Part shown: positions 49,496-64,000 of the stretch, in pieces
Position numbering within the stretch: the first letter of the stretch is position 1
Layout: each line of letters opens with the position of its first letter
DNA from: Flaccisagitta enflata
Taxonomy: Eukaryota
NCBI GenBank assembly: GCA_965153355.1
Contig: OZ231126.1
Location: 37,510,001 to 37,574,000, forward strand
Direction: 5' to 3'
DNA length: 64,000 bases
Translations under genes and position numbers: made by a program
Notes under the pieces: model-generated
The model's database searches: none
Told to the model about the DNA's origin: nothing
Seen by the model: the letters and a program-made list of their open reading frames with translations, nothing else

Positions 49496-49804
49496 TATAT
49501 TGTTAAACAGACGGTATGCTGTCTAAAACAGTTTTTGTTTAAGATTATCTCTGATACTAACTTTATTTATTTATCCTATCTTTATGGGGAGATTAAGCAC
49601 AAAATAAAGAAAATCGCAGTATCTGTTTTCAACTCCAGAGAAGAGGACAGCGTGGCCAAGAATAGTTTTTAAATGATTATTGTTTGAACATATTAGTCTA
49701 GTTTGTACAAAAATTGATCCCGGCTCATATTTCTTTTTACATAATGCATAATAGATTGTTTATAGATGGATTTCCCAATGAAAATCATATTTGACGTGTT
49801 ATTG

Positions 49805-50147
49805 AATAGCCCACTATAAAAAAACGCTTTTTCATGGCGAGGCTCTCTATCCAAGGAATCTGGCTCGAAATCATGCATATAGATGGTCCAACACAAAAAT
49901 TTGACCTTGTGGCTTCTCTAAATTGTGCCCGCCACCACCCCCATATCCTATGGGAAATGTACAGGAAGATTTTGGTCTGCAGAGCCTCCTATCTTTTATA
50001 ATGGGAAATGGGGTATGTGGCGGGCACACTTTATAGAAGACCCATGGCCAAATTTTTGTCATGGACCATCTAGTTTTATGATTTTGAGTCATATCTCTTC
50101 GATAGAGAACTTTTCTATGAAAAAGTGTGTTTTCTTAGTGGGCTATT
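49805..50147. mobile_element. Degenerate foldback MITE
   Basis: aatagcccacta ... tagtgggctatt; the arms align over ~140 bp. Confidence 0.8.
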
Positions 50148-50197
50148 ATTGAATTTCAGATTCCCCTTACTACTAAAAGAGGTGTATGTTAGTGATA

Positions 50198-50609
50198 CCA
50201 CTTGGATAAAAAAAAAGACGCACCTATCTATTAATTGATAAAGCAGATATAAAAAACAATTTTAGCTATTTTTAAGAAAGACATTTTTAACGATTTTCAA
50301 AAAATCTTTCATTCTAGACCAATCCCAGGTCTGTATCTCAAACGGTTTAGAAGCTAGAGCTCTGCAAAGAGAAGCACTTTTTCGCTAAAATTCATTTTTT
50401 TCATAGGGATTGCGAAACTGAAATCGGCAACGTTTTTATTCAAACTGATGCCATTTCTGAACGAATTAAGATAGCAATACCAGATTAGCGCCAAATGAAA
50501 GTACTTTCAAAGGGCTTCAAAATAACCTAAAATTTTCTATAGTTTTTTGAAGATTTAATTGCTAAATTAACCATCTAAAAGTGCGTCTTTTTTTTTTTGA
50601 TCCGCGTGG
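50198..50609. mobile_element. Tc1/mariner-type MITE (TA TSD)
   Basis: ta|ccacttggataaaaaaaaagacgcac ... gtgcgtcttttttttttttgatccgcgtgg|ta. Confidence 0.75.
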
Positions 50610-50639
50610 TAGTGGGATGAGATGGTGAGATGGTAAGAG

Positions 50640-51154
50640 GGGCCAAAAGGACCGATGACCTATGCTTGAGTTCACGGGGAATTCTGGGGAATCTTATCTC
50701 TCATCATCGTCTGGGGGGGTTAAGATGGAAGGCTGAGACTTGGACCCTAACTAGCACTTGTGCTCTGATGCTAAGATTTGGGCTTTAAGGCTGGGATTTG
50801 TCTTAAAAGCCTGGGTTTAAAGCAACAAGGCTGGATAAGGGCCTCAAGGTTAGGATTTATGTATTGAGCCTGGGATTTAGGCCTCAAGGCGGGAGGGGGG
50901 GGAGGGTTAGGCCTAGGTCTGGATTCTGGAATTTAGATGTCAAGGCTAGGATTTGGGTCCCGAGGTTGAGATTTGGGTCTCGAGGATGAGATTTGGGCCT
51001 GGAGGCTAGGATGTGGGCCTAAAGGCTGGAATTTTGACCTATGAGACTGGGTTTTGAATCATAAAGGTGGGAAGGGGGGCAAATGAACATATGAGAAATA
51101 TCCCCGTTTGTGAAAGCAAAGATAAATGTCCTCTTCGGAGCCGGTGCCCAAAAA
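50640..51154 (-). mobile_element. Old tandem-array-bearing HINE-like element
   Basis: gaccgatgacctatg end and a decayed gaggctgggatttg array, as at 27.3 and 33.9 kb. Confidence 0.6.
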
Positions 51155-51557
51155 GTGGAAGAATGAGACAGATAAACTGATTACCCAACTAACAACCAAC
51201 CATCTAACCTACTTGGTCAGGTACATCGTCAATTTCATGCGACTATTTAAAAAAACGAAAAATAGAAAAGAGCCAAGTTATAAACTCTCGGGAGTCTCGT
51301 TATCACGGTTGAAATCGGGCGCTTTATTATGTACAAAAATTCACAGCCACGTTGTAAGCTTTACAGACATCCATCATTGTCTCATTTATTCTCCCCCACC
51401 TCTCTCGCTTTTTTACATCCCCGTCTCTATCCATCGATCTTTCTCGGTTTCTTTGTCGTTTTTTTTTCTCTTTCTATCACCCTTTGTCTGTCTGTCTGTC
51501 TGTCTGTATGTCTTTCTTTCTTTCTCTGTCTGTCTTTCTCTCTGTCTTTCTTAGTTT

Positions 51558-51649
<92 letters not shown>

Positions 51650-54600
51650 TCAATATCTTTTTTTAGGTGCGACAAAGCACCTCTATAACTGGCTGTGTCC
51701 GTTGGTTGGTCGGTTGGTTGGTTGGTCGGTCGGTCGGTTGGTAACGCATTCGTTCGACGATCCACAAGTCGCACCTATTGGCCTACTTGGCCTTGTCATT
51801 TTTCTGATTACTTTTTCAATCTTTCCTACCTATTTTCTTTTTAGATGACTTCATGTAGTTAGTCATTGATTGATTGATTGATTGATTCATTCATTCATTC
51901 ATCCATTCATCCATTCAATCATTCAATCATTCATTCATTCATTCATTCATTCATTCAATCATCATCCGTTCATTCATTCATTTATTCATTCAATTAACCA
52001 TGGAATCGCTCATTCTTTTCTTACATTTTTCAGCGCTCACTCCTTGGTTAATTCTAAATACAGCCTTTATATGTTTCTGTGTCGATCCGTCGGTACGTCG
52101 GTCTGTACAATGTCATTCATGCCCCTGCCCATCCTCCCGCAAGGTCGCGTTTCCATATGCTTGTTCTTTTTTTTCACCAAGGTCGTCTACATGATTCTGG
52201 ACAGGTGAGGAAATAAGTCTGTATGCAAATAATCTTTTTATTGTTTGTAAAGCAAAACGTTTTAAGGTGAATGCATGGAAATAAAATCGAAATCATGAAT
52301 GAATTTCAGTCTGAAAACATTCTTTATCGCAACCAAACACACACAAAAAAGCAAGGCCGGATACACGGCTATCCTAATCATGTGCGGGTGGGCAGGAGCA
52401 TTATACGCGGTCAGAAGAGTATTTGGGCAGGGGCAGTTAGGCCAAAGACCTCATGAACGCCGAAGAAGTAAAAGGGGATTAACGGACCGACGGGCCGACA
52501 AAGCGAGATGTAAAGTTGCGTAAAAAGAAGAAAAGAATAAAACAATTAATGTCTCCGAATGTTTTTATGTCAATCGCTGTTAAACGCCAGATGTTGGGTG
52601 TATCATTGAATGTGTATAAATGTATGAATGAAACGAAAAATGAACAAATGAATGACTGGGGGAATAAACTGGTGGAGTTTATCCCCACAATAACCGATGT
52701 GAAGGAACTAACAAATTTTATCTGTTGTACACAGATCTTTATCATCGCCAAGTTATGGTATAGAAATAGCTTACATGAATAAACCAAAATAAATAATAAA
52801 CAGTTACTCTCGGGTCGGGAATAGCAGGGTGCTATTGTATTTGAATTTACAGACAAATAGGCTCATTACTAAGTAAAGCTCTTGGTGTTTGTGTTCACAA
52901 ATCACAAACAATCTTTGTTTGCTTTACAGCATTACCACTGAACAATGAGGTGAGGCATGGAGTAACACATTTTGTAAGTCTGCAGAATCCTCCGTCTCCG
53001 TCTTTTCCAAATCTCAGTGCAGTGCGAGCGAGTGTGCATTTGGCTCTTACGATTGCTCAGTGCTCACCTAGCCTTGTTTAAATTTCAGCTGCATGCTATT
53101 TTCTTTTTATTAGCATAATAACATACATGCAGTGATTTCTATAATCTCGAACACCTGCTTTATTCTCGCACCTTAAAAATACTCGGGTAGCAACTTCTGA
53201 GGCTTCATTCCGTCACGGATTAAACACGTATTTCATGGTCATATCTACTTCTTTCCTCAGTTTCATAGATAAAGAGGGCAGGGTTAGACTCTGCCAACTC
53301 GAACTTGTTTTCGTTCCACTGTACCCACATGGCCACACGCACAAACCATCAAATCCTACCCAGATAGGGAGAAAGCACCTACCGCCACTTCATCCCACTC
53401 AACCCACCTACATGTGCGACCCTTTTATCGTCCAGCAACGGGAGCGAGCAGCTGACGGGCATATCCGGATTAAGATATGTTTTAGCGCACCTGAAATTGA
53501 CAACAAAATGAATGCAATACTTAACTATTTTCAGCCAGTGTGAACGCGAACGCGAACGCGAACGCGAACGCGCCCTGTTAAACACTTTGTTTCATTTTCA
53601 CGTGGGGAAACTCGGAAACATTCGACAAGGGCCCAAAATTGCGCCAACGAAGAAACAAGCAGACGAAATCGAAGTTTTTTTTTTTTTTTGTGGGCAGCGG
53701 TTCGGTCGGGGGCGATATGATATTCGTTGCACTGAATCATAGCCATGGAACTCCCAGCTTTGGTGTAAGTATTGATATCCCGCAAGAAAGCAAATCCCAG
53801 ACTGAAGCTTGACTGCAGGGATTGATATTTGCATTGCTGGAACTGATACCTTGACGAAGGCCTGAATGCCTGCTTCAAGGCCGAAAAAAATCTCTAAAAA
53901 TTAGGCAAAAAGTAATCTGTCTCCGAACTAATTTTTATTACAACGACGAGGATGAGGACGAGGACGAGGGCGAGGTCCCTGATGGAAACAAGTTGACGGT
54001 TTCTCCGATTATCCTTCAGCAGGAACCAGCTAAAATTTGTACATATACATTTACCGAGATACATTTCAATTCAATTGAATACTGCTTTAACCGCTAATAT
54101 ATACTACAATGTATTACTACATATACAACTACAGGCGCCAGGGTTACCACTGATAGTGACGCTTACGTAATTCTATTTCTCCTCGTTTTCATCCTTTTTT
54201 CCATCCTATCTCTGTCTTCATCTTTGCTCTCTTCTTTGATTCAGGAAACCAACTCCTGTTACTCCTTAATTTTGTTTTCACTCGATCTTTGGCTTATTTT
54301 CTTTTCTTTCTTCCCAGTTCCCCCCCTTTTTTTTTTCTTTTTTGCTCCTCTTATAACAATTTTAATCAGAACCATTCTCTCACTCCAGACTATCGAGGGG
54401 ATCGAGTATATTAACATACTTGTTGTACGCTGCCCAAGAACGTACGGATGCGTCCGAGAGCCTAAAAATAATGTTGTGTGATCATGTGAAGATGAATCCC
54501 ATTTAAAAAGAATTACAATGGTGGAAGTATCGGTTGGCAACAATTCTTTTGTGTTAATGGCAGATAGAAGCGGTTCTTCAGTTACGAATTTTACATATTT

Positions 54601-57364
54601 ATGCTAAACATGAAGAGCATTTTCTCGGAGAAAAAAAATGTTTGGCAGAGTCCGGAATCGACGAAAAATGATACTAATACCTTTTAGGTCGCCCCTCAAG
54701 ATTCCTTTTAAAATATCATGAAAATAATCTAAACCTGCTAACAGCATTGAAATCCATACGTTCAAGTTTAATACCGTCGAGTCCGTCATTCATGTTTTTA
54801 ATACTTTGATTTATTTTGTTTTGTTTTTCTTTTTTCTACATGTTTGCCTTGATTACTGTAGAACTGCCACGTCTATTGGCCGCCCCAGCCGCTATTAGGA
54901 ACAGTCTAAGGAAGACCGTCTTAAAAAAATATTTTCACATTGACTGATTGAGATAACACACAGATCAAAACACATAACTATCGACCAACTGTTTATACAA
55001 CCGACTGACGGGGTGACATATTCGGTTGCATGCAACTTAAATTTGTTCACTCCCTCGAAGATTGTTATATCAATGTCATTTTGGGTTCCAATCATTTCAC
55101 CATTAAGGGACGAGAGGTGGCTAATCTGAACTGACCAAGACAGCTTCATCGGGCCTGGGAGGTGCTAACGATATCCAATGAGCACCAAAAATTGAGTAAC
55201 TGACACTGACAAAAGCCTCCATCGCCTATTTACGACAAAGACCAAATAAGCAAAATCATGTCCTCAGATCAGTACATATTCTGATGACCCTGGACCCCAA
55301 AAATCTGAACGAATTAGAGTTTTGGGTAGAGTAGATGCATACTAATGACCGTGCGATTTCAGATGTTCAGTGGAAGCCATTTTAAGTAGGTAAATCAAGT
55401 CAATTCTAATTTGAAGGTAGCAAGGAATGGGTAATTCTCATAAATCAAATCGGGTGGCCCTTCACTACCTCTGTCCAATATCACATATAAAATTTCATGC
55501 CTTTTTGTAGTCAGGAACATGTAAAAAAACGTACCGCTAATTTTCAAAACCTCAGCTTGATTTGTACTGATTTGAATTGGGTAACATGTATTTCAATTCA
55601 TTCGGCCTTTGGAACTTGTTGTTTCTGGCTAGTATCTTAGTAACTCGTTGCTAGGAAAACACACAACTTCGCATTTCAGTGCAGCATGCTTCCTAGTGTA
55701 TTGTGATGCTATAACTGTCTTTGTTATGTAATGCTACATTGATAGTGATCGATGGCCGAGACTTGGGCATCTAGAAATGAGTGGCTTGTACATCGTGTTA
55801 ATCACCACAAACCTAATTATTGATTTTTCTCATGTGGGACAACTGGAAGCCCTTAACTGCATTTTAAGATGACTCATCAGTATTCATCATCATATGTTTT
55901 GTTTGTTTTTTTTTTTTGTCAAGATTTACTGCGTGACATCTTTGGAATCATGCAATCATGAATTATGCAAGTTCATCTCAATCTTGTTTCTTGGCCGTAT
56001 CAAACCGCGTGACCATCCTGCAACGGTACTGATAAACGGACAGACTCTAGGCAGAAAGGTGAGAGGGCCTCCCAAACATTCATCATCATCATTCATCATC
56101 ATTCATCCTCTCAAATATCGATTCAAGAACCCACAAGGGAAACCCGACGGCCAACACATTTTTTAAGTCGCGGGAACGCGACTCTACACCTTGCCGTGTC
56201 TGTCGGTAGGTCGGTAGGTCCGTCGGTCCGTCGGTCTGTAGGTCCGTCGGTTCGTCGGACCGTCGGTCCGTCGGTCTGTAGGTCCGTCGGTCCGTCGGTC
56301 CGTCACATTCTTAAAATTCCGAGCGGTTTTCGCACCGCCCCTTCCAAACCGTCCGCGACTGGATTGCCGTGTATCCGGCCTTATTCCTTTCCTTTGGCCT
56401 TTCCGTTTCTTTTTTCTTTTCCCCCATTTAAAAAAAAAGACGCTTCGAAATTGCAATTAAAACCTTCACATACGCTAGTTAGTTATTTGATGCATGATGA
56501 GGAAAATGTTTTTTGTGCATTTTCTTTCCTCAACGATCACTGCCTCACTCTAGGTGATCACGCGATAGCTATACTAAGATTCAAAAACTGTAGACTCCAA
56601 TCTGAAAAGAATCTGAAACAGTTTCTGCTCTTCATTTCTTACTTATCAACGTTTTGTTCGTTAGCTTGCTAATTGCTAAAGCTTACAAAATGTAAGAGTG
56701 CCAACATATCCTTTTTCTTACCTCTTTTTCCTTGATATGAATGCGCCGGTCAATATAATTATGCAACGTTGTCATTGTTTAATGAACTAAACACGCTTCT
56801 AAAGAGAAACATGAGTTTCTACTCAGTGGGTCAATGAATCATGATGATTGGGTGCTTCACGTAGCAAAAGTTGGGAGTATCCCTTCACCCTACTTAGATA
56901 ATGTGGAGGAGCAAAAATCATGAAGATGACCATTTTCCTTTTTTCAAAATTCCTTCATCTTCCGTTTTTGTTTTGGCCTTAAAGTTTCCACTGATTTCCC
57001 AGAATTCAGCAAAATCCTGTGTAGTTTTGTTACAAAAAGGACAATTATTTGTTTTAAAAAATCATGATATATGTAAAAACAAACTAAAATATCAGAACAT
57101 AAGTTATGAAAGAGCAAATGAAAAGGCAGAATTGCAATTCTATGAAGAGTAGAAAATTATGAAAGCTGATTCAAACAATGTCAGCATATTGTTTTATCCC
57201 ACTGCATTATGCAAATTAGGTTTTCAAAAGCAATTTTCTAAAAAACGGAAGATGAACGATTTTTGATAAAACAAAAATGGTAAGGGTCCTAAAATTGGTC
57301 ACTCCACATTAGGTAAAGAGGGCGAAAAGAAATAACCAGCTTTTGCTATGCGAAGCACGCAATC

Positions 57365-57610
<246 letters not shown>

Positions 57611-58008
57611 CGGTAACGACGCCGATGCCGAGGAGATCACCGTGGACGACGACGTGGAGCTTCTTCCTCTAAAGAGATCGTAAATATGGAAAAAATGACA
57701 GCCGTGTTTGTTAGGGAACAAAGCAGGCGGAAACTTCAAATAAGTCTCAGCTCGAAATTTTTCGATCACCAAATAAATTTTTTTCCCTTATTCTTTCTTG
57801 AGCGGCTCCTTTAGATCTCTCTCGAGTAGAATAACTGAATTTAAAAGGATTGAGCGTAACATATTACCCTTCCCTATAATCTCAACATCGGCTTCTCAAC
57901 AATCGTAAATCTTACTTCTAGAGGCTTGAGGAGATTGGTGAGGCGCGTTGGTACAGGAGTTGAGACTTGACATGAATAATTGGTATGCTTGGTATTATAT
58001 GATTATAA

Positions 58009-58337
58009 CAGGGGTGTATATTATTGAGTCGCTTTTGATTTTTCCCCCCCCCCCCTGCCTTTGATTTTCTTCCCCGCGACGCATCGCGTCACATTTTTAT
58101 ATCCATGATTTTCATCCCCATATAGCAATAAAACTATGTATTTAAGGTTTAAATAATCTTAAATTGTGTTTTACTAATTGAGTTTTATGATTTGGTACTG
58201 CCAAAAGTTATATTTTCCCCAAATTTCCTCTTATTCTCTTTTTTCCCTCTTTGAGTTCCTTCCCCATCTCCAGACCCTTTGATTTTTTTTCCCACCCCCA
58301 CGGGGGGGGGGGGGGGACTCAAGAATATACAGGCCTG
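58009..58337. mobile_element. hAT-type MITE (329 bp)
   Basis: Ends CAGGGGTGTATATT / AATATACAGGCCTG, perfect 8-bp TSD gattataa. Confidence 0.9.
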
Positions 58338-58841
58338 GATTATAATCATATCATATCATATAATTATATGATAGGAAAACTGCATTCTCATGGGAGTCAC
58401 ATACAAAGTACGATGTTTTCATTGTATAAAATGTATAAAAACAGAAATTTCCGTCATCTTTGGACATGACATCTTTCAGTCGTGAAAGAGAATCATAGAT
58501 ATTTTACAGATTGATTGTTTGGAAATAAATCTGTTAACAGTTTTTACTTAAGGCGGATGAAGTGGTGAATTGGGTTAGGTACGCGTTGGTGATTGTTTAA
58601 TCTCCATTGATCAATGAGTCTTTCAAACTTCTTTCTATTGATTATGGCATCAATATGTTCATAGATAAACTTGGTTTTCATATATCTAAAGAAATGATAT
58701 CTCGCCAAATGACTGCAAAATGCAAATGAGAACTTTCTTTCTCAGCGACATTTACGTAATTTCCCGTGATCCTTAACCATTTTTAAAGGCTCGATAAGCA
58801 TAAACATTTCTAGTTGCTTGCTTAGTGACTGTGTGTGTGTG

Positions 58842-58948
<107 letters not shown>

Positions 58949-59281
58949 TTGCGTGCGCGCGTTTAAGTGTATGTTTGCAAATACTCTAACGTTCTAACCA
59001 AGTAAAAATATTCTATCGTTCTTACCAAGTCTGCCATGAGGCAGTGAGAAAGACGTCAAAGCAGCCTGAAACAGACAGAGATCAGAAGACTGTCATTGAG
59101 ATAATGTCTCAAAGGTCGGGACAGACAGAGATGAGAAGACAGTCATTGAGATTTAAAGGGCGGGACAGACACATAACTGAGGCGCTGTGTCTGCGAATCT
59201 TCCTTTGCATCGCGTGATCCGGCCGAGCTGCGTGATAGGCACGACCTTTCGTGATCTGCCTTCTGTGTATAATTCCATCAA

Positions 59282-59390
<109 letters not shown>

Positions 59391-59765
59391 ATCAGTAAGA
59401 AAAGAACCGTAGTGGCATTTTTTTTCGAGCCAGTATCAACTGTTAACAACTGGTGTTAACAACGAGGAATGTACAATTCCTTTAAAACCATTTATTTGTA
59501 ACAATTTTGTATCTATGAAACATAATTTGCTTTTGCTATTCTGACGATTTTATGTTCCTGCTCGATTTAAACGTCATTTTCAATTGATTAGCTAGGTAAT
59601 ATATCTGGTATTAGTGGTATATATGATATATCGTTATGGTAACATGGTTTTACCGCAAAAGAGAAGAGGAAAAATAGAAACGAAGAATGAAATAACGATG
59701 ATAAAACAACTAACTTTGGAGTGCAAAAAAGACACGAATGAAAAGGAAGAATAAAGAGTCGGTAT

Positions 59766-60155
<390 letters not shown>

Positions 60156-60262
60156 TTCATGATTGATATAACGTTGCTGTGAGGATGTGATTGATCTCGA
60201 GTTCTGGACCAATCTAGACTGATTTTATCTTTCTCGTGAGTCCTTCAAGAGATGCGTCGCAG

Positions 60263-60665
60263 ATGCACGTTGGAACGTTTCGAGTCGCGGTTTTTGGCGC
60301 CATCTTCATCTCCATCATCATCGACAGTCATGTCGTCACCCAACTGAAGACGGAATCGGCCAACAACCTTAACTCCTCTTCCTCTTCTCCCTCCACAAAA
60401 TCATACTTCCCTCCGTTGATACAAAATGCAAACTTTGCCGCTCTCGCATCCTCTCCGACATCCTCCTCCTCCTCCTCCAGCGACTCGTCCACATTTTCCT
60501 CTTCCACGTCTTTCCTCGTCAACCGCGGCTCTTTAGACCGGCTTTTCTATCAATCATCCTCTAAATCGGGGACGTTGTCGAGTTCTCCTGACTCGTCATT
60601 CTGCCATCCTTCGCCTTGGGCCAGAGTCCTCACCGCGTTGATGGTTTCGGCTGCTTTTGTTATCG
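60263..60665 (+). CDS. Class A (rhodopsin-like) GPCR exon 1: hydrophobic N-terminus, Ser-rich ectodomain, start of TM1
   Basis: MHVGTFRVAVFGAIFISIII...WARVLTALMVSAAFVI, then a g|gtaag donor (phase 1) that joins the next exon in frame. The true start could lie further upstream. Confidence 0.7.
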
Positions 60666-60941
60666 GTAAGAACATTTCTTTTGGGACTCCGCCATTTTCA
60701 GGTGCGACAAAGCACCTCTATAACTGGCCGTGTCCGTTGGTTGGTCGATCTGTCGGTCTGTAACGCATTCGCTCAACGATCCACACGTCGCACCTTATTG
60801 GCCTACTTGGCCTTGTTTCCGTAATCATGACTTCTCATAATTTCCTTTTTGTCCATCATGTTGTGTCCGTCTATGAGCCCGTTTTTTTTTAGAAGTGCCG
60901 TCCTCTGTCTGTTTGATTGTCTGTCTGGAGTCTGTGAATCC

Positions 60942-61052
<111 letters not shown>

Positions 61053-61104
61053 CCAAATCCTACATAAATTATCCCTTCCTCCCGCCTCCATTTCCTCATC
61101 ACAG

Positions 61105-61397
61105 GTCTCCTCTCTAACGTTGTTCTATTCACGGCCTCGTGGCGTCTTAGTTCCGTCCATTCGTTTATCCTCAACGGCTTTTTTCTCAACGTTGCCGCCG
61201 CCGATTTGATATCCACCGTTTGCGTGGCGCCGCTCTTCCTCTTCCTCCTCTACTACACGCTTCCGGCGTTTCCGGTGCCGTTGGCGCGCGTCGGTGGCGG
61301 CCTCGCTCTCTTGACCGCCTTGACTTCCGTGATGAGCTTCGGCGCCGTCGCTCTCATCAGGCTCATTTACATCTTCACGAGCAAAGTCAAGAAGCAG
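61105..61397 (+). CDS. Class A GPCR exon 2 (TM1 end, TM2, TM3)
   Basis: acag| ... |gtgg. GLLSNVVL (N1.50), FFLNVAAADL (D2.50), TSVMSFGAVALIRL (R3.50). Phases 1 to 0. Confidence 0.88.
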
Positions 61398-61428
61398 GTG
61401 GTATTACCGACTTACTCCGAAGTACAAC

Positions 61429-61599
<171 letters not shown>

Positions 61600-62002
61600 T
61601 AGTGTGTGCTTATAAGCAAGCAACTAGAAAAGCTGAAGATTTTTTAAAAAATCACGGAAAAAATCATCTTTAAGTTGAGAAAGGAAAGTCTTATTTGCAT
61701 AATGCAGTCAAATAGCGAGATAAGATTTTTGTTATACAAAAGCCAAATGTATCTATAAACATACCAATGCCATATCGGAATTTAGTCGTGTGCATGTAGG
61801 TTAACATGAGAGAAACATAAACATTGCAAAGGTAATCTCCGTCAGGAACTAGTGGTATAATTGAAAATCAATATCCTACTATTACTACTATTGACAAATC
61901 ATCCGACACAGACTATGTCCTCATTGACCTTTAATTTCTTTCTTTTTATTCATTAAGGACAGTAACAAACAAAAAATTCATTCCTATTCAAATGTGTCTC
62001 AG

Positions 62003-62294
62003 GGATTTCTGATGAGTCTGATCGTTTGGGTTCCATGGCTTACTTCCGCCTTCATCACTTTTTGCATCTTTCATCGCGAATCTGCCTTTGCTTCCGGTCA
62101 AACATTCCTTCAAGAGACTCGATCGGACAACTTCAATTCTTTGCTCAAAATCTTCCGCCGTCCACCGGAAATCGTGTTGTTCGTTCCTTACGCCGGCGTG
62201 TTGCCGCGGTCATCGACGGCTGCATCTAACTCATCGTCGACATCGACGACGATGACATCCTTGTCGACGACGGCGTCGAGTTGTTCAGCGCGCG
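62003..62294 (+). CDS. Class A GPCR exon 3 (TM4 and long ECL2)
   Basis: tctcag| ... |gtac. GFLMSLIVWVPWLTSAFITFC. Phases 0 to 1. Confidence 0.8.
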
Positions 62295-62460
62295 GTACGC
62301 AGAATCAGAAAAAAAATCCAGTTTATAAGAGAATGATTTGAAAAACCATTATAAATTTGATATTTTCACGTATAGATTGATATGATGATATAGATGATTG
62401 TTGCAATAATCAAACAAAGCAAAATTAACCAACGATTAAACAATAGATTGCCAACTAAAA

Positions 62461-62739
<279 letters not shown>

Positions 62740-62754
62740 GTGCACCGTGTACAG

Positions 62755-62886
62755 CGTCTTCATCGGTGTCAACGACGATCGCGATTTTCATCGGCGTCTT
62801 TGTGATTATCGTTTGCGTCTCATATTTATTCATCGCACGGACCATCGTCACTCAATTCAAATCTTACGACAGTGGAGATTCTTCTG
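62755..62886 (+). CDS. Class A GPCR exon 4 (TM5, start of ICL3)
   Basis: acag| ... |gtac. IAIFIGVFVIIVCVSYLFIARTI (Y5.58-like). Phases 1 to 1. TM6-7 are not in the window. Confidence 0.8.
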
Positions 62887-62933
62887 GTACATTCTCAATT
62901 CTTTTCATTTTTTCGTTTGTTTTTGTTTTACTT

Positions 62934-63088
<155 letters not shown>

Positions 63089-63194
63089 GCGGTTTCATGT
63101 TTTTGTTGTCGTTGTTTCATGTTTTTCGTTGTTGTCGTTTCATGTTGTTGTTGTTTCATGTTGTTGTTGTTTCATGTTGTTGTTGTTGTTATTT

Positions 63195-63286
<92 letters not shown>

Positions 63287-63855
63287 GACGGTTTTGCCCT
63301 CTCCACATTTATTTCGTTTTATTGCTCAAACGCACATCAAACCCGATTATGCCCACAGAATCGGATTTCGGTGAGTGTTGGTCGGTCCGTCGTCCCCGCG
63401 AATGTGGCGCCGTTTGTTTCTGTTGCATCGCCATTTTCTACTTCTTCTCCATTTATTCGCCTCTCATTCTCCTTACTACATTCGGAACATCGCTATTTCA
63501 AGCAGGTCAATTCTATAATCTTAAACACGCCTCAGAATGTAGGCTGTGAATATGCGGTTTCGTACGTTACAAACAAGTAACAATGACAGACGGACACCAA
63601 CAGTTATATACAGGCAGGCAGTGGACCGTGGCAATCATTAATTCATCTGCAACAAGATGTGTTTGCCTTTAAAATATGAAAACTAGCTGTCAAAATATAT
63701 CTGTTCTGAATTTACGTTCAACGATAACCGTTGTAAATAGATCATAAGTTGATAACAAAGGTATTCGATAGCATTGAAGAAACAAATCAGTGCGAACAGT
63801 AATTTTTGTCAGGTGAGATGTTTGTCACCTTCAAATTCATTAAGAAAAAAATACC

Positions 63856-63906
<51 letters not shown>

Positions 63907-64000
63907 AGAGATACGCACACACAGCTACAGACACACACAGACAAACAGACACACAGACAGACGGAGAGACTTGCGACTACGAAGTACTTTTCGGCCATTT

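Overview
Repeat-rich eukaryotic (animal-like) genomic DNA with AT-rich introns and many microsatellites; most ORFs in the track are microsatellite read-through. The first ~20.7 kb is a complex duplication: 1-7932 recurs at 13097-20677, with an inverted copy and a triplicated segment in between. It is built around a nested insertion. A hAT-type TIR element (11378-19448, 8-bp TSD) contains a DINE/HINE-like repeat, which is split by a ~7-kb LTR element (LTRs 11804-12328 and 18244-18761). The LTR element has no recognisable protease, RT, RNase H or integrase, but carries one ~1,200-1,350-codon ORF ending in an Arg/Gly/His-rich basic domain; this is the most unusual object in the window. The middle of the window holds DINE/HINE-like elements, hAT and Tc1-type MITEs, a tRNA-derived SINE, a LINE fragment and an LTR-less Gypsy pol fragment. 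The right end holds four to five + strand exons (TM1-TM5) of a divergent class A GPCR that continues past the window. All calls are by eye, with no database searches.
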